Assembly: GCA_029856145.1 (NCBI GenBank)
Contig: JAHQWK010000026.1
Span: forward strand, 1-64,000
Direction of reading: 5' to 3'
From: Promethearchaeia archaeon
GTDB taxonomy: Archaea > Asgardarchaeota > Lokiarchaeia > Sigyniarchaeales > SOKP01
DNA: 64,000 nt
In this document: positions 28,668 to 37,600 of the stretch, piece by piece
Position numbering within the stretch: the stretch's first letter is position 1
Layout: each line of letters opens with the position of its first letter
Notes under the pieces: model-generated
Databases searched by the model: none
What the model saw: only the letters and a program-made list of their open reading frames with translations
What the model was told of the DNA's origin: nothing
Made by a program: the position numbers and the translations under genes

Positions 28668-29402
28668 ATGGAGTTTTTTAGCCAAAGATTTGATGATATT
28701 AAAAAATCAAAAAATCCCGAAGTAATAAATGATTTTTTAATAAAATTGAGTAAAAGCCCAAATATTGAATATTTTTCGATTTTAGACTATTTTATAGACG
28801 AGATAGATATCCAAATATTAGAGAAAGTTAAACTTAACCTTGTATTTTTAATAGGTGAAATTGGTAAGGGCTCAGTTATAGACACTAAATATTTAGAGTT
28901 TTTATCTAAGACCTATTATTCATCAGATAGATGGATTCGGAATGAGATTATCCAAGCGTTTGGAAAAATTTTAAAGAAGACTGAAATATCGCAAGATGCC
29001 ATTGAATTAATTGGATATGCTATAAATGATGAATATCCGCCAATTAAAGTTAATGCTCTTAGAATCTTGTTAAATTTAGATGATATTCCTCTTTTTGTAA
29101 GAAGAAATCTTTTTTTTACACTAAATTTAAAAAATTCAGAATTAGAAGAATTATGTGTGAAAATTTTTGAAAAATTTCTTCCAGACTTTAATAAATTGTT
29201 TAACTCACTGAACTATTCAGATAACTATTTAATCTTAAAACCAAAAGCAATTAGGAGTTTGCTAATAATATATTTTAAATCTCCTATTAATTTAGAATCA
29301 TTTCGGAAAAAGATTTCATCCTCAAATTGGGAAATTGAGCATAGAGAGAGATATCTCAAAGAGATTGATACTTATGAAAAAATTCTATTAAAAAAAATAT
29401 AA
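28668..29402 (+). CDS. HEAT/ARM-repeat protein
   Basis: SSDRWIRNEIIQAFGKI, DEYPPIKVNALRIL; start probably MEFFSQ at 28668. Confidence 0.7.
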   Translation: MEFFSQRFDDIKKSKNPEVINDFLIKLSKSPNIEYFSILDYFIDEIDIQILEKVKLNLVFLIGEIGKGSVIDTKYLEFLSKTYYSSDRWIRNEIIQAFGKILKKTEISQDAIELIGYAINDEYPPIKVNALRILLNLDDIPLFVRRNLFFTLNLKNSELEELCVKIFEKFLPDFNKLFNSLNYSDNYLILKPKAIRSLLIIYFKSPINLESFRKKISSSNWEIEHRERYLKEIDTYEKILLKKI

Positions 29403-29412
29403 AGAATACGAT

Positions 29413-30633
29413 TTATTGATATCTTTTAAGAATCTCATTCAAATCTTCATTAGATAATACTATTTCATTAAAAATTTTAATTAATATTTTTATAATTTCT
29501 CTAGGATTGCCTTTAGAACGGTTATAAATATATTTTAGTACTATTTCGTTAAGTGGATAATAAGAATCTGAAAAATCCCTGAAATAATCAAAATAGTTAA
29601 TATTTCCGAAAAAAAATTCTAAATTTTTCTTATAAAATGTAGAAAGGTCCTTTTCTATAAAGTTCGATAAAATAATAGGTTCCTTCAATACATTTAAGAG
29701 ATGGCTATTTTTATCTTCAAATTTATCTTTAATTTCCTTATAATAATCAACTGATTTCAGAGTAATAATTATTCTTAGACCTTTAATTTTATTTAAATTA
29801 AGAATTTTGTCTAATAATTTCTCCGCTGTATGCTTTTCTGGCGATTCTCTGCTCCCATAAAGCCAGCTTCGATCAAAAACTTCTTCTTTTTCTTCTCCTA
29901 TAGATATAGGTTTCATCATAGAAATAATTTTTTCGAAATCATCGATAAATAATACACTATTTACTATTGAATTTTCAACTAATACTTTCAGCATTGTATA
30001 GGAGTGATTCCTTCCCCTTAAGTCATGATTTAAATTTAGTCTTGAAAGTTCTCTTATATCTATAACTTCTCCTAAAAACCATCTCTCAGCTTCTATTTTT
30101 TTATATGGATCAAGTTGATGAGCTGTTAATGCATTTATTATATCCATTATTGCTGTTTTATGCTCAAAGTTTGGTGCCCAACTATCAAAAGCAACCTTTC
30201 TCACCTTCTCGATATCAGCTAAATGAAAAAAACCATACTTTCGCTCTAAAGCACCCCATTTATTACATAATCTTCTCGCAATATTCCTTAAAACTTCAAT
30301 ACCCATACTTTCAATAAACTCTGAGTATGTATAATAATAAAACTTCTTAATAACATTCTCTAATGAAACATAGATGATATTATAGTAATATAATTCATGT
30401 TTTAAGGCCCAAAATAAATGTGTTTTCCCATTACCTACACCTCCTATTATAGGTAGAATAAAATTTTCATCTTTTTCAATTACATCAATAATAGAATATA
30501 AGAAGTCTTGCCTTGATTGAACTAATCCAATATCCTCTTCAATTTCTCCTGTAGACACAAATTTTTTAAAGGGAGAACCTGTGAATTTTAAGAGATTAAG
30601 CAGTTTTTGTTGTTTATTTTCAAAAAGGAGCAT
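29413..30633 (-). CDS. P-loop/AAA+-type ATPase
   Basis: Walker A GGVGNGKT, Walker B VLFIDDFE, C-terminal GNPRE sensor. Confidence 0.82.
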   Translation of the reverse strand: MLLFENKQQKLLNLLKFTGSPFKKFVSTGEIEEDIGLVQSRQDFLYSIIDVIEKDENFILPIIGGVGNGKTHLFWALKHELYYYNIIYVSLENVIKKFYYYTYSEFIESMGIEVLRNIARRLCNKWGALERKYGFFHLADIEKVRKVAFDSWAPNFEHKTAIMDIINALTAHQLDPYKKIEAERWFLGEVIDIRELSRLNLNHDLRGRNHSYTMLKVLVENSIVNSVLFIDDFEKIISMMKPISIGEEKEEVFDRSWLYGSRESPEKHTAEKLLDKILNLNKIKGLRIIITLKSVDYYKEIKDKFEDKNSHLLNVLKEPIILSNFIEKDLSTFYKKNLEFFFGNINYFDYFRDFSDSYYPLNEIVLKYIYNRSKGNPREIIKILIKIFNEIVLSNEDLNEILKRYQ

Positions 30634-30650
30634 TTTTAAATCGGTTTACT

Positions 30651-31274
30651 TTAAGATTTTAATTCTTCAATTCCTAAAATTATAATATATTCAACTACTT
30701 TATCATCCACGTTGATAATTGATTCGTAACTTATATTAAGTTCGTCATTTTTATCTCTTCCAACAATCAAGCAATCGTAAAAAACTGGATCACCATTATC
30801 ATCAATAACTACTCTATCAGCAATAATAATACCATTCCGGATCATTGAAATAGGATTTTTTAGTATCTCACCTTTAAAAAAATCTAAATGATTAAGTCTA
30901 AATTTGGGATCGTCTAAAAGTAAGCCTGCTGTGTGAAGTAAATTAATAGTAAAAGGGAAATCGTTCGAAAATTGACCTTGATCATATTGTTCCATAGTAT
31001 TTTCGGGTATTAAAATAGAATATTCCAAAGGGATCTCATTTAAATTCCATTTAAAATTCATACTTCTTGAAAATGGGTTAATATTTTTTTCGACTTTTTC
31101 GAACCCTACAAGTAAGCCTTCAGATATACTGATTCCTTCTAATTCTGATACAATGATGTTATCAGAAAAGATTATTTTATCTTGCCATTTTGATATAATT
31201 GAACCCGTAAATTTTCCATTGGTTTGTATCCCTTTAAAAGAATCATATAAGATAAAATTGGGTGAATTTGTCAT
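30651..31274 (-). CDS. hypothetical protein
   Basis: 207-aa ORF co-oriented with the ATPase. Confidence 0.65.
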   Translation of the reverse strand: MTNSPNFILYDSFKGIQTNGKFTGSIISKWQDKIIFSDNIIVSELEGISISEGLLVGFEKVEKNINPFSRSMNFKWNLNEIPLEYSILIPENTMEQYDQGQFSNDFPFTINLLHTAGLLLDDPKFRLNHLDFFKGEILKNPISMIRNGIIIADRVVIDDNGDPVFYDCLIVGRDKNDELNISYESIINVDDKVVEYIIILGIEELKS

Positions 31275-31409
31275 GGTAACTATTTTTTCTTCAGTATTAG
31301 CGACTCTTTTTAAGCAATTATTTCACATTTATATCATTAATCTTATATATAAATACTTTCCATATATTTTTTGGTAGAATATACAATAGATATTAACTGA
31401 TAATAAAAA

Positions 31410-32657
31410 ATGGGTTCTTCCATCCTTTCTCAGAAAATTTCAGAGCTATCTAAATCAGAGTTATTAGATAGAGCGAGTCAGTTCATTTTTTCAACTGGTT
31501 TAAATGATGGAACATCAAAATTATGTAAGGCAAATATGAAATACGGCTTAGCTTCATTCCAGCTTATCCAAGAAAAATATGGATTTGAACCAAAGGCAAC
31601 TTTTATATCTTCTCCTGATGAAACCATCTCTAGAAATAAGTTTAGATGGAATTCAGGGATAGGATATGGTGGAAAATTAAATTGGGGGCATGGAAATGAT
31701 AAAATAATTTTTCTTAACACAAAACCGAACTGTTGTGGTATTTTAGTTGGGGGGTTAGAAGAATTACCAGATCCGTACAATTTAATCAAAAAAGTTGATA
31801 AAATTAAATCAGAAGAGCTATACTATGATCAGATTAGAATTAATTGGGATTATGGAATATCTAATCATTTCATTAATTGCCTTGAAACTAAGAACTTATC
31901 TGACTTGGATCTTCCTCCATACGTATTTCTTATTCATGGTTCCGCTCCTGAATTTAGAGACGATAGAGACGATGGTTTTGGACTTTATATTGACAAGTCA
32001 AAAAAACTAAGAGATATTGCGATTGAAGAAAAAAGTAAGTTTGGTATACAATACATATTATTGGATTCTAATGCTAAAGAATATCTTGAATTAAACAAAA
32101 GAGCTTTAGAATTTTCAAATTTAAAAAGGAAAATTATCGCCGATAATCTTTTTGATTATGGATATGAAATTATTTGTAATCAAGCACACCAATTTTTAAA
32201 GGATTACAATAATATGTATTTAGGAAGCAATTGTACGGATAAAAATTGTGAACTGATTAAATCAAATATTTTTCCGACAACTCTTAGAGCAGATATTGCA
32301 GCTTATTTATTTAAGGGAAAAAAAAATTTATCTGAAAGAACACTTAAAAATCAAAACCTCTTAGAAAGGGGAGAAAAATTAGAACTCTTAGACTTATTAT
32401 TAAATGCTAATATACTTCCACATGGTGGAGGCTATAAATTTACAGATACGGAAAATGTGCTAGATATATTAGAATATAAAGACCAGAGATACTTTGTTAC
32501 ATCTTTAAAATCAAATGTTAGTAGATTAAAAATAATTAGAAATGTAAGTGATTTACAATTTGAATATCGAGGACGTGATATTATTCTTAAAACTATTCAA
32601 TTAGATCTTGGAGATATAATTGCTAGACTGAATCCGTTGTTTTCATTAAAACTATAA
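31410..32657 (+). CDS. highly divergent RtcB-fold protein, putative RNA ligase
   Basis: Motifs in RtcB order: SPD, PNCCG, SNHF, IHGS, HQ, PHGGG. Confidence 0.65.
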   Translation: MGSSILSQKISELSKSELLDRASQFIFSTGLNDGTSKLCKANMKYGLASFQLIQEKYGFEPKATFISSPDETISRNKFRWNSGIGYGGKLNWGHGNDKIIFLNTKPNCCGILVGGLEELPDPYNLIKKVDKIKSEELYYDQIRINWDYGISNHFINCLETKNLSDLDLPPYVFLIHGSAPEFRDDRDDGFGLYIDKSKKLRDIAIEEKSKFGIQYILLDSNAKEYLELNKRALEFSNLKRKIIADNLFDYGYEIICNQAHQFLKDYNNMYLGSNCTDKNCELIKSNIFPTTLRADIAAYLFKGKKNLSERTLKNQNLLERGEKLELLDLLLNANILPHGGGYKFTDTENVLDILEYKDQRYFVTSLKSNVSRLKIIRNVSDLQFEYRGRDIILKTIQLDLGDIIARLNPLFSLKL

Positions 32658-32658
32658 T

Positions 32659-34740
32659 TTATTCTATTCTTGCTCCAAGTGGAAGATCTTTGTCAGGCAC
32701 TAAAATTGATACATTATCACCTTCAACAGCCGCTAGAAGCATTCCATGACTCAATATTCCTCTTAATTTCCTTGGTTCTAAATTCGTTAAAACTATAATT
32801 TTTTTTCCTTTTAAATCTTCAACTTTATAATGCTCAGCTAAACCAGCTACCAAAATTCTTTTTTCAGTTCCCAAATTAATTGATATTTTGTAGAGTTTAT
32901 CTGCTTTTGGAACTTTTTCAACATTTTCAACCAAAGCAACTCGAATATCTAATTTTTTAAAATCTTCATATGAAATCAGGTCTTTCTCACCTTCTTCTGG
33001 TTTTTTTTCTTTTAATTTTTTATATTCTTTTTTAATATCCTCAATCTCTAATTTTTGAAAAAGAGGTTTAGGTTTCTTAATACCTATTCCTGCTTTTATA
33101 GAATTTTCATTAATGCTATCCCAAGTTAACTCTTTTAATTTAGGAGCATTTAGATAAGATAAAATCTTTTCGGAAGTTTCTGGTATAAATGGACCTAATA
33201 ATACTGCTAAAGCGTATACTGCTTGAGAACATATATTAAATATATGTCCAGCAGCTTTTTTATCTTCTTTAATTAAATGCCATGGGGCCTTTTGATTTAA
33301 AAATATGTTCCCTTCTTTTCCAAAATTGACTATATCTCTTATTGCTTTTCTTATTTTAAAATTAAGTAGACTTTCTCCTACTTCGGCACTAATATTATTT
33401 ATCCTTTCTATAAACTTTTTATCAGTTTCGTCATATTCTATTTTTTCCGGGATTTTACTGTTAAATTGCTTTTCTATAAAGGTTAAAGTCCGATGGACAA
33501 AATTACCGATATTATCATTAAGGGTTTTTATATTATTTTCAAATTCAGACCATAGAAAAGAAGTATCACCTGTTTCTGGGCGATTAAATATCAAATTAAA
33601 TCTCCAGTAATCGAGAGGAGCTAATTTTAATGCGTCATCAATCCATATCCCAACTCCTCTTGATTTAGAAAACTTTTCATTCTCATACAATAACCATTCG
33701 GTTGATGAAACGTTATATGGTAATACAAGTTTATCACTTTCTTTTTTGTCTTTATTATACGCAATTAATAATCCTGGAAATACAATTAAGTGAAATATAA
33801 TATTATCTTTCCCTATAAAGTAGACCGTTTTTGTATTAGGATCTTTCCAAAAATAATCAAATTTATCGGGTTCATTAATCAGCTTATCTGCCCATTCTTT
33901 TACAGCAGTTATGTAGCCTAATACGGCCTCGAACCATACATATATAGTTTTATCTTCAGCACCCTTGAAAGGTGCAGCAATTCCCCAATCTAGATCTCTT
34001 GTAATTGCTCTTTCATGTAAGCCCTCTGCAATCCAGCTTAAACACATTTGTCGAGCATTAGACGGTAGAATTTCATTTTCTTCAATTAACTTTTTTAACT
34101 GATCCTGTAATTGAGATAGATCTAAATACCAATGTTTTGTTTTTCTAATTACTGGAGTATTTCCACATATTGCACATCTAGGTTCAAGAAGTTCTAATGG
34201 AGTTAACAGTTTTTGGCATTTATCACATTGATCTCCTCTAGCACCATCATCCTTACAGTTAGGACAAGTTCCTTCTACAAATCTATCAGGTAAGAATAAA
34301 TCATTATTTTCACAGTAGAGTGATTCTATTTCTTTTTCTATTATAAATCCATTTTTCTCGATATCCAAGTATATCTTTTTCACAAGTTCAATATGAGTAG
34401 GATTATGAGTTATAGTATAATTATCAAAAGAAATAAGCCATTTTTCATGCAAATCTTTAATAATTTTATGGTATTTAAACGCTAGTTGTTCAGCAGAGAT
34501 ATGTTCTCCAGTAGAAGCGTTTATCTTTTTTGCTTCCACAGAAATGGGTGTTCCATGAGAATCTGATCCAGAAACAAACACTACTTCTTCTCCTTTCATT
34601 CTCAGAAATCTTGCAAATACATCTGCGGATAGTGTACTTCCAATTAAATTCCCTAGATGTGGAGTAGCATTCACATAGGGCCATCCTGATGTTACTACCC
34701 ATTTACCTTTCTTTATGTTAACTAATTTAATCGACCTCAA
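32659..34740 (-). CDS. metG: methionyl-tRNA synthetase with C-terminal tRNA-binding domain
   Basis: PYVNATPHLGN, Zn knuckles, YVWFEA, GKDNIIFH, KFSKS, C-terminal OB/Trbp111 domain; exact start uncertain. Confidence 0.97.
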   Translation of the reverse strand: MRSIKLVNIKKGKWVVTSGWPYVNATPHLGNLIGSTLSADVFARFLRMKGEEVVFVSGSDSHGTPISVEAKKINASTGEHISAEQLAFKYHKIIKDLHEKWLISFDNYTITHNPTHIELVKKIYLDIEKNGFIIEKEIESLYCENNDLFLPDRFVEGTCPNCKDDGARGDQCDKCQKLLTPLELLEPRCAICGNTPVIRKTKHWYLDLSQLQDQLKKLIEENEILPSNARQMCLSWIAEGLHERAITRDLDWGIAAPFKGAEDKTIYVWFEAVLGYITAVKEWADKLINEPDKFDYFWKDPNTKTVYFIGKDNIIFHLIVFPGLLIAYNKDKKESDKLVLPYNVSSTEWLLYENEKFSKSRGVGIWIDDALKLAPLDYWRFNLIFNRPETGDTSFLWSEFENNIKTLNDNIGNFVHRTLTFIEKQFNSKIPEKIEYDETDKKFIERINNISAEVGESLLNFKIRKAIRDIVNFGKEGNIFLNQKAPWHLIKEDKKAAGHIFNICSQAVYALAVLLGPFIPETSEKILSYLNAPKLKELTWDSINENSIKAGIGIKKPKPLFQKLEIEDIKKEYKKLKEKKPEEGEKDLISYEDFKKLDIRVALVENVEKVPKADKLYKISINLGTEKRILVAGLAEHYKVEDLKGKKIIVLTNLEPRKLRGILSHGMLLAAVEGDNVSILVPDKDLPLGARIE

Positions 34741-34809
34741 TACTTGAATTTATTAATAAAAAGAATCCTAAGCTTAAATAATTTAAACAAAGTAAGTATA
34801 AATAATTGG

Positions 34810-35991
34810 TTATTCAAAGATTATTTTTGCTCCACAATATCGGCAAGCTTTAATTTCCTTGTACATCTTTTGAAAACAAGGTTCATGATAATAGGCAGTA
34901 CAATTTTCACATTTATAAACTTTAAAATCACCTAGGAAAATACTATGACAATAAGAACAAGATGCATCAATTTGATCGATTTCATCATCAGGTACTAATG
35001 TCACCTCCGTCTCCAGAATTTCATCTTCTTCTGCAATCTTTATTTCTGGGAGTTTTTCTGTTTTCTCTTTTACTAGTTTTAATGCTGCTCTCGGCAATTC
35101 TAACAAAAAGAAACAAAAAGGGCATCGAAACACATTTTCTGTGTATTCACTTTTCTTAGCCCACATAGCAGCACAAGAGAGATGCATTGCTCGATCGCAA
35201 CTAGGGCAATAGCGTCCCTCACCTAAGAAATCAGACCCAGTAACTGCAGCTTTAACAGAGTGACAAATCTGACATTTCTCTTGTCCTCTACCTCCTCCTT
35301 TCATCATTAACTTAATATCTGGTAATGAGGGCCTTCTTAATGGAAGTGCGATCTCACTGATTAAGGGTGCAATTTTATCATTTTTATCCGGGGAGAAATA
35401 ATCTGTAGTTTCTCTCACTTCTTTTTTGGAAGCAAATTCATTTCCTGCATTAATAATTGCTTTAGAATTATTAAAATATTCAAAGTCTCCTCCAGTTGAT
35501 TGTGTTATTCTTTTTAATGAGTCTTCACCATGATCCTGTACACCACCTAATTGACAAGCATCAATAAATACACCTAAACCCTTAGCAATGTTGACTATTT
35601 TTCTTAATTTACTGATGTCATTATTTAGTTTATTATCTGTAATAATAAATATACGAGCAGTTTTTCCTCCCACTTTACGCATCTCTTCAACAAGAATTTG
35701 AAGTGCAAAAGCAATACCTTCGTGTAATAATCCTTGACCTGAAATTTGAACTTTCTTCAAGGATTTAATTAACTTCTCTTCTTCGTATGCAAAATCAATT
35801 AATTTCCTTGTTATATTCCCAAATGTAATTATTGATATTCGGTCTTTCAAATCAATAGATAATTTTGATTGAATGAAATTCTTTGTTGCTTGTAATTCAA
35901 TAGCTAATCTACTCGGTTTAAAATCTTTTCTTAACATCGACCTAGATGCGTCTAAAAGAATAACTGTATCTTCAATTTTCTGTACAGGCAA
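34810..35991 (-). CDS. vWA-domain protein with two C-terminal RING/PHD-like zinc fingers (Ssl1/p44- or Rpn10-like vWA)
   Basis: LLDASRSMLRKDFKPSRL; CQIC..CPSC..H..C..CPFC and CSYC..CENC..H..C..CRYC. Confidence 0.82.
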   Translation of the reverse strand: MPVQKIEDTVILLDASRSMLRKDFKPSRLAIELQATKNFIQSKLSIDLKDRISIITFGNITRKLIDFAYEEEKLIKSLKKVQISGQGLLHEGIAFALQILVEEMRKVGGKTARIFIITDNKLNNDISKLRKIVNIAKGLGVFIDACQLGGVQDHGEDSLKRITQSTGGDFEYFNNSKAIINAGNEFASKKEVRETTDYFSPDKNDKIAPLISEIALPLRRPSLPDIKLMMKGGGRGQEKCQICHSVKAAVTGSDFLGEGRYCPSCDRAMHLSCAAMWAKKSEYTENVFRCPFCFFLLELPRAALKLVKEKTEKLPEIKIAEEDEILETEVTLVPDDEIDQIDASCSYCHSIFLGDFKVYKCENCTAYYHEPCFQKMYKEIKACRYCGAKIIFE

Positions 35992-36081
35992 TTTATCCCA
36001 AAATTATCTTATTTATGAAAAATTAATTAAATAATAGTAGTAGAATCTTATAAATTTCTATATCTGATTTAAAGTACTTTA

Positions 36082-37434
36082 TTATTTTAAATAATTATAA
36101 GCAAATAAAGTATAGACTTTAATGGCATTAATATAATCTTTTATTTCTATATATTCATCAGTTGAATGAGCACTTGCACCACTTCCAGGTCCAAACATTA
36201 TTGTTTTAACACAATAACCCGTATTACGGAAATGAGATGCATCAGCACTAGCAGGAAATAGGAGGTAAAATGGTTTTTTATTATACGCTTCTTCGATTAT
36301 CTTATAAAAACTTTTCAAAATAGAAGATTTTTTCCAGTCTTTCCAGTATGATGGTTCAGAATATTGAATATTTTCTATATATACAAAAACTTCTTTTGGT
36401 TCACCTACAGGTTCACTTTTTAAAATATATCCTAGATCTTCTTCAATCAACTTTTTTAATGCATTAAAAATAGGATCTATATTTTGGCCAGGCAATAATC
36501 TAAAATCTATGATAGCTTCACATCTATCGGGTACAACATTATCTTTTATTCCTCCCTTAATGATTGTTAAGCTTTTCGTAAACTGGGTGAGTGATTTTAA
36601 AACACTATTTAAAATTGGTTGTTCATTTAGAATTTTTTCTAGAACTTCTGGACGGGGAAGGGCATCACTTATTAGCTTTTTTAATTCTTCTAATGAAAGT
36701 GGTGGTTTAATTTTTGGAAGATATTCATCTATTTTATCCAAATTATGAATAATTTCACTCATCATATAGATTGCATTTTTTCCCATAAATGGCCATGAAG
36801 AATGAGTGGAAATTCCATTTGTGATTATCTTTATGATAAGACGTCCTCTTTCACCGATACTTATAACGTGAGGCAAAGGTTTAAGCCTTGTTGGTTCAGC
36901 AACAATGCTAAAATTAGGCTTAATTAATTTTAATTTATTTTCAATGCACCATTTAGCACCATATACACCCCCAGTTTCCTCATCTGCAACTGCATTCACT
37001 ATTAAGTTTCCAGAGAGTTTGATTCCTAGTTTTTTTAGGATTTTTAGAGCGATAACAATTCCCGCTAATCCACCTTTCATATCTGTTGTACCTCTCCCAT
37101 AAATATACTTATTTCTTTTGATAGTAGCAGATAATGGCGGATATTTCCATTCCTCTACATTTCCAGGGGGAACAACATCCATATGTCCATTATATAATAA
37201 ATTTTTTCCTTCAAAATTATCATTTAAATATGCAATTAAGTTAGCACGGTTATCACCAAAGGAAAAAATTTCAGATTTTATATTAGAATATTTTAAATAT
37301 TTGTCAATTATTAGAGCTACATTCTTCTCATTCCCAGGAGGATTGTAAGACTCAGCTTGAATTAATTCTTGGAAAAAAGTGATATATTCCTCTTGATTCT
37401 GTTCAATTTCTTTTAATATCTGATCCTCACTCAT
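36082..37434 (-). CDS. M20 family metallopeptidase/deacylase (ArgE/DapE-like)
   Basis: NGHMDVVP, GRGTTDMKGG, DEETGG, AHSTDE. Confidence 0.93.
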   Translation of the reverse strand: MSEDQILKEIEQNQEEYITFFQELIQAESYNPPGNEKNVALIIDKYLKYSNIKSEIFSFGDNRANLIAYLNDNFEGKNLLYNGHMDVVPPGNVEEWKYPPLSATIKRNKYIYGRGTTDMKGGLAGIVIALKILKKLGIKLSGNLIVNAVADEETGGVYGAKWCIENKLKLIKPNFSIVAEPTRLKPLPHVISIGERGRLIIKIITNGISTHSSWPFMGKNAIYMMSEIIHNLDKIDEYLPKIKPPLSLEELKKLISDALPRPEVLEKILNEQPILNSVLKSLTQFTKSLTIIKGGIKDNVVPDRCEAIIDFRLLPGQNIDPIFNALKKLIEEDLGYILKSEPVGEPKEVFVYIENIQYSEPSYWKDWKKSSILKSFYKIIEEAYNKKPFYLLFPASADASHFRNTGYCVKTIMFGPGSGASAHSTDEYIEIKDYINAIKVYTLFAYNYLK

Positions 37435-37600
37435 TTAAATTTTCCTTTAAGTTAGTTTTTATTATAGATATTAAGAAAGATTTAGAATTTTATAAAATTT
37501 TTTTAAATCGGGAATTTCCTTAATAAAATTAAAAAATTTAGGAAATTTTAATACTTTTAAATTATTTTATAAACAAAAATTAGATATTACGGTAATTTTA

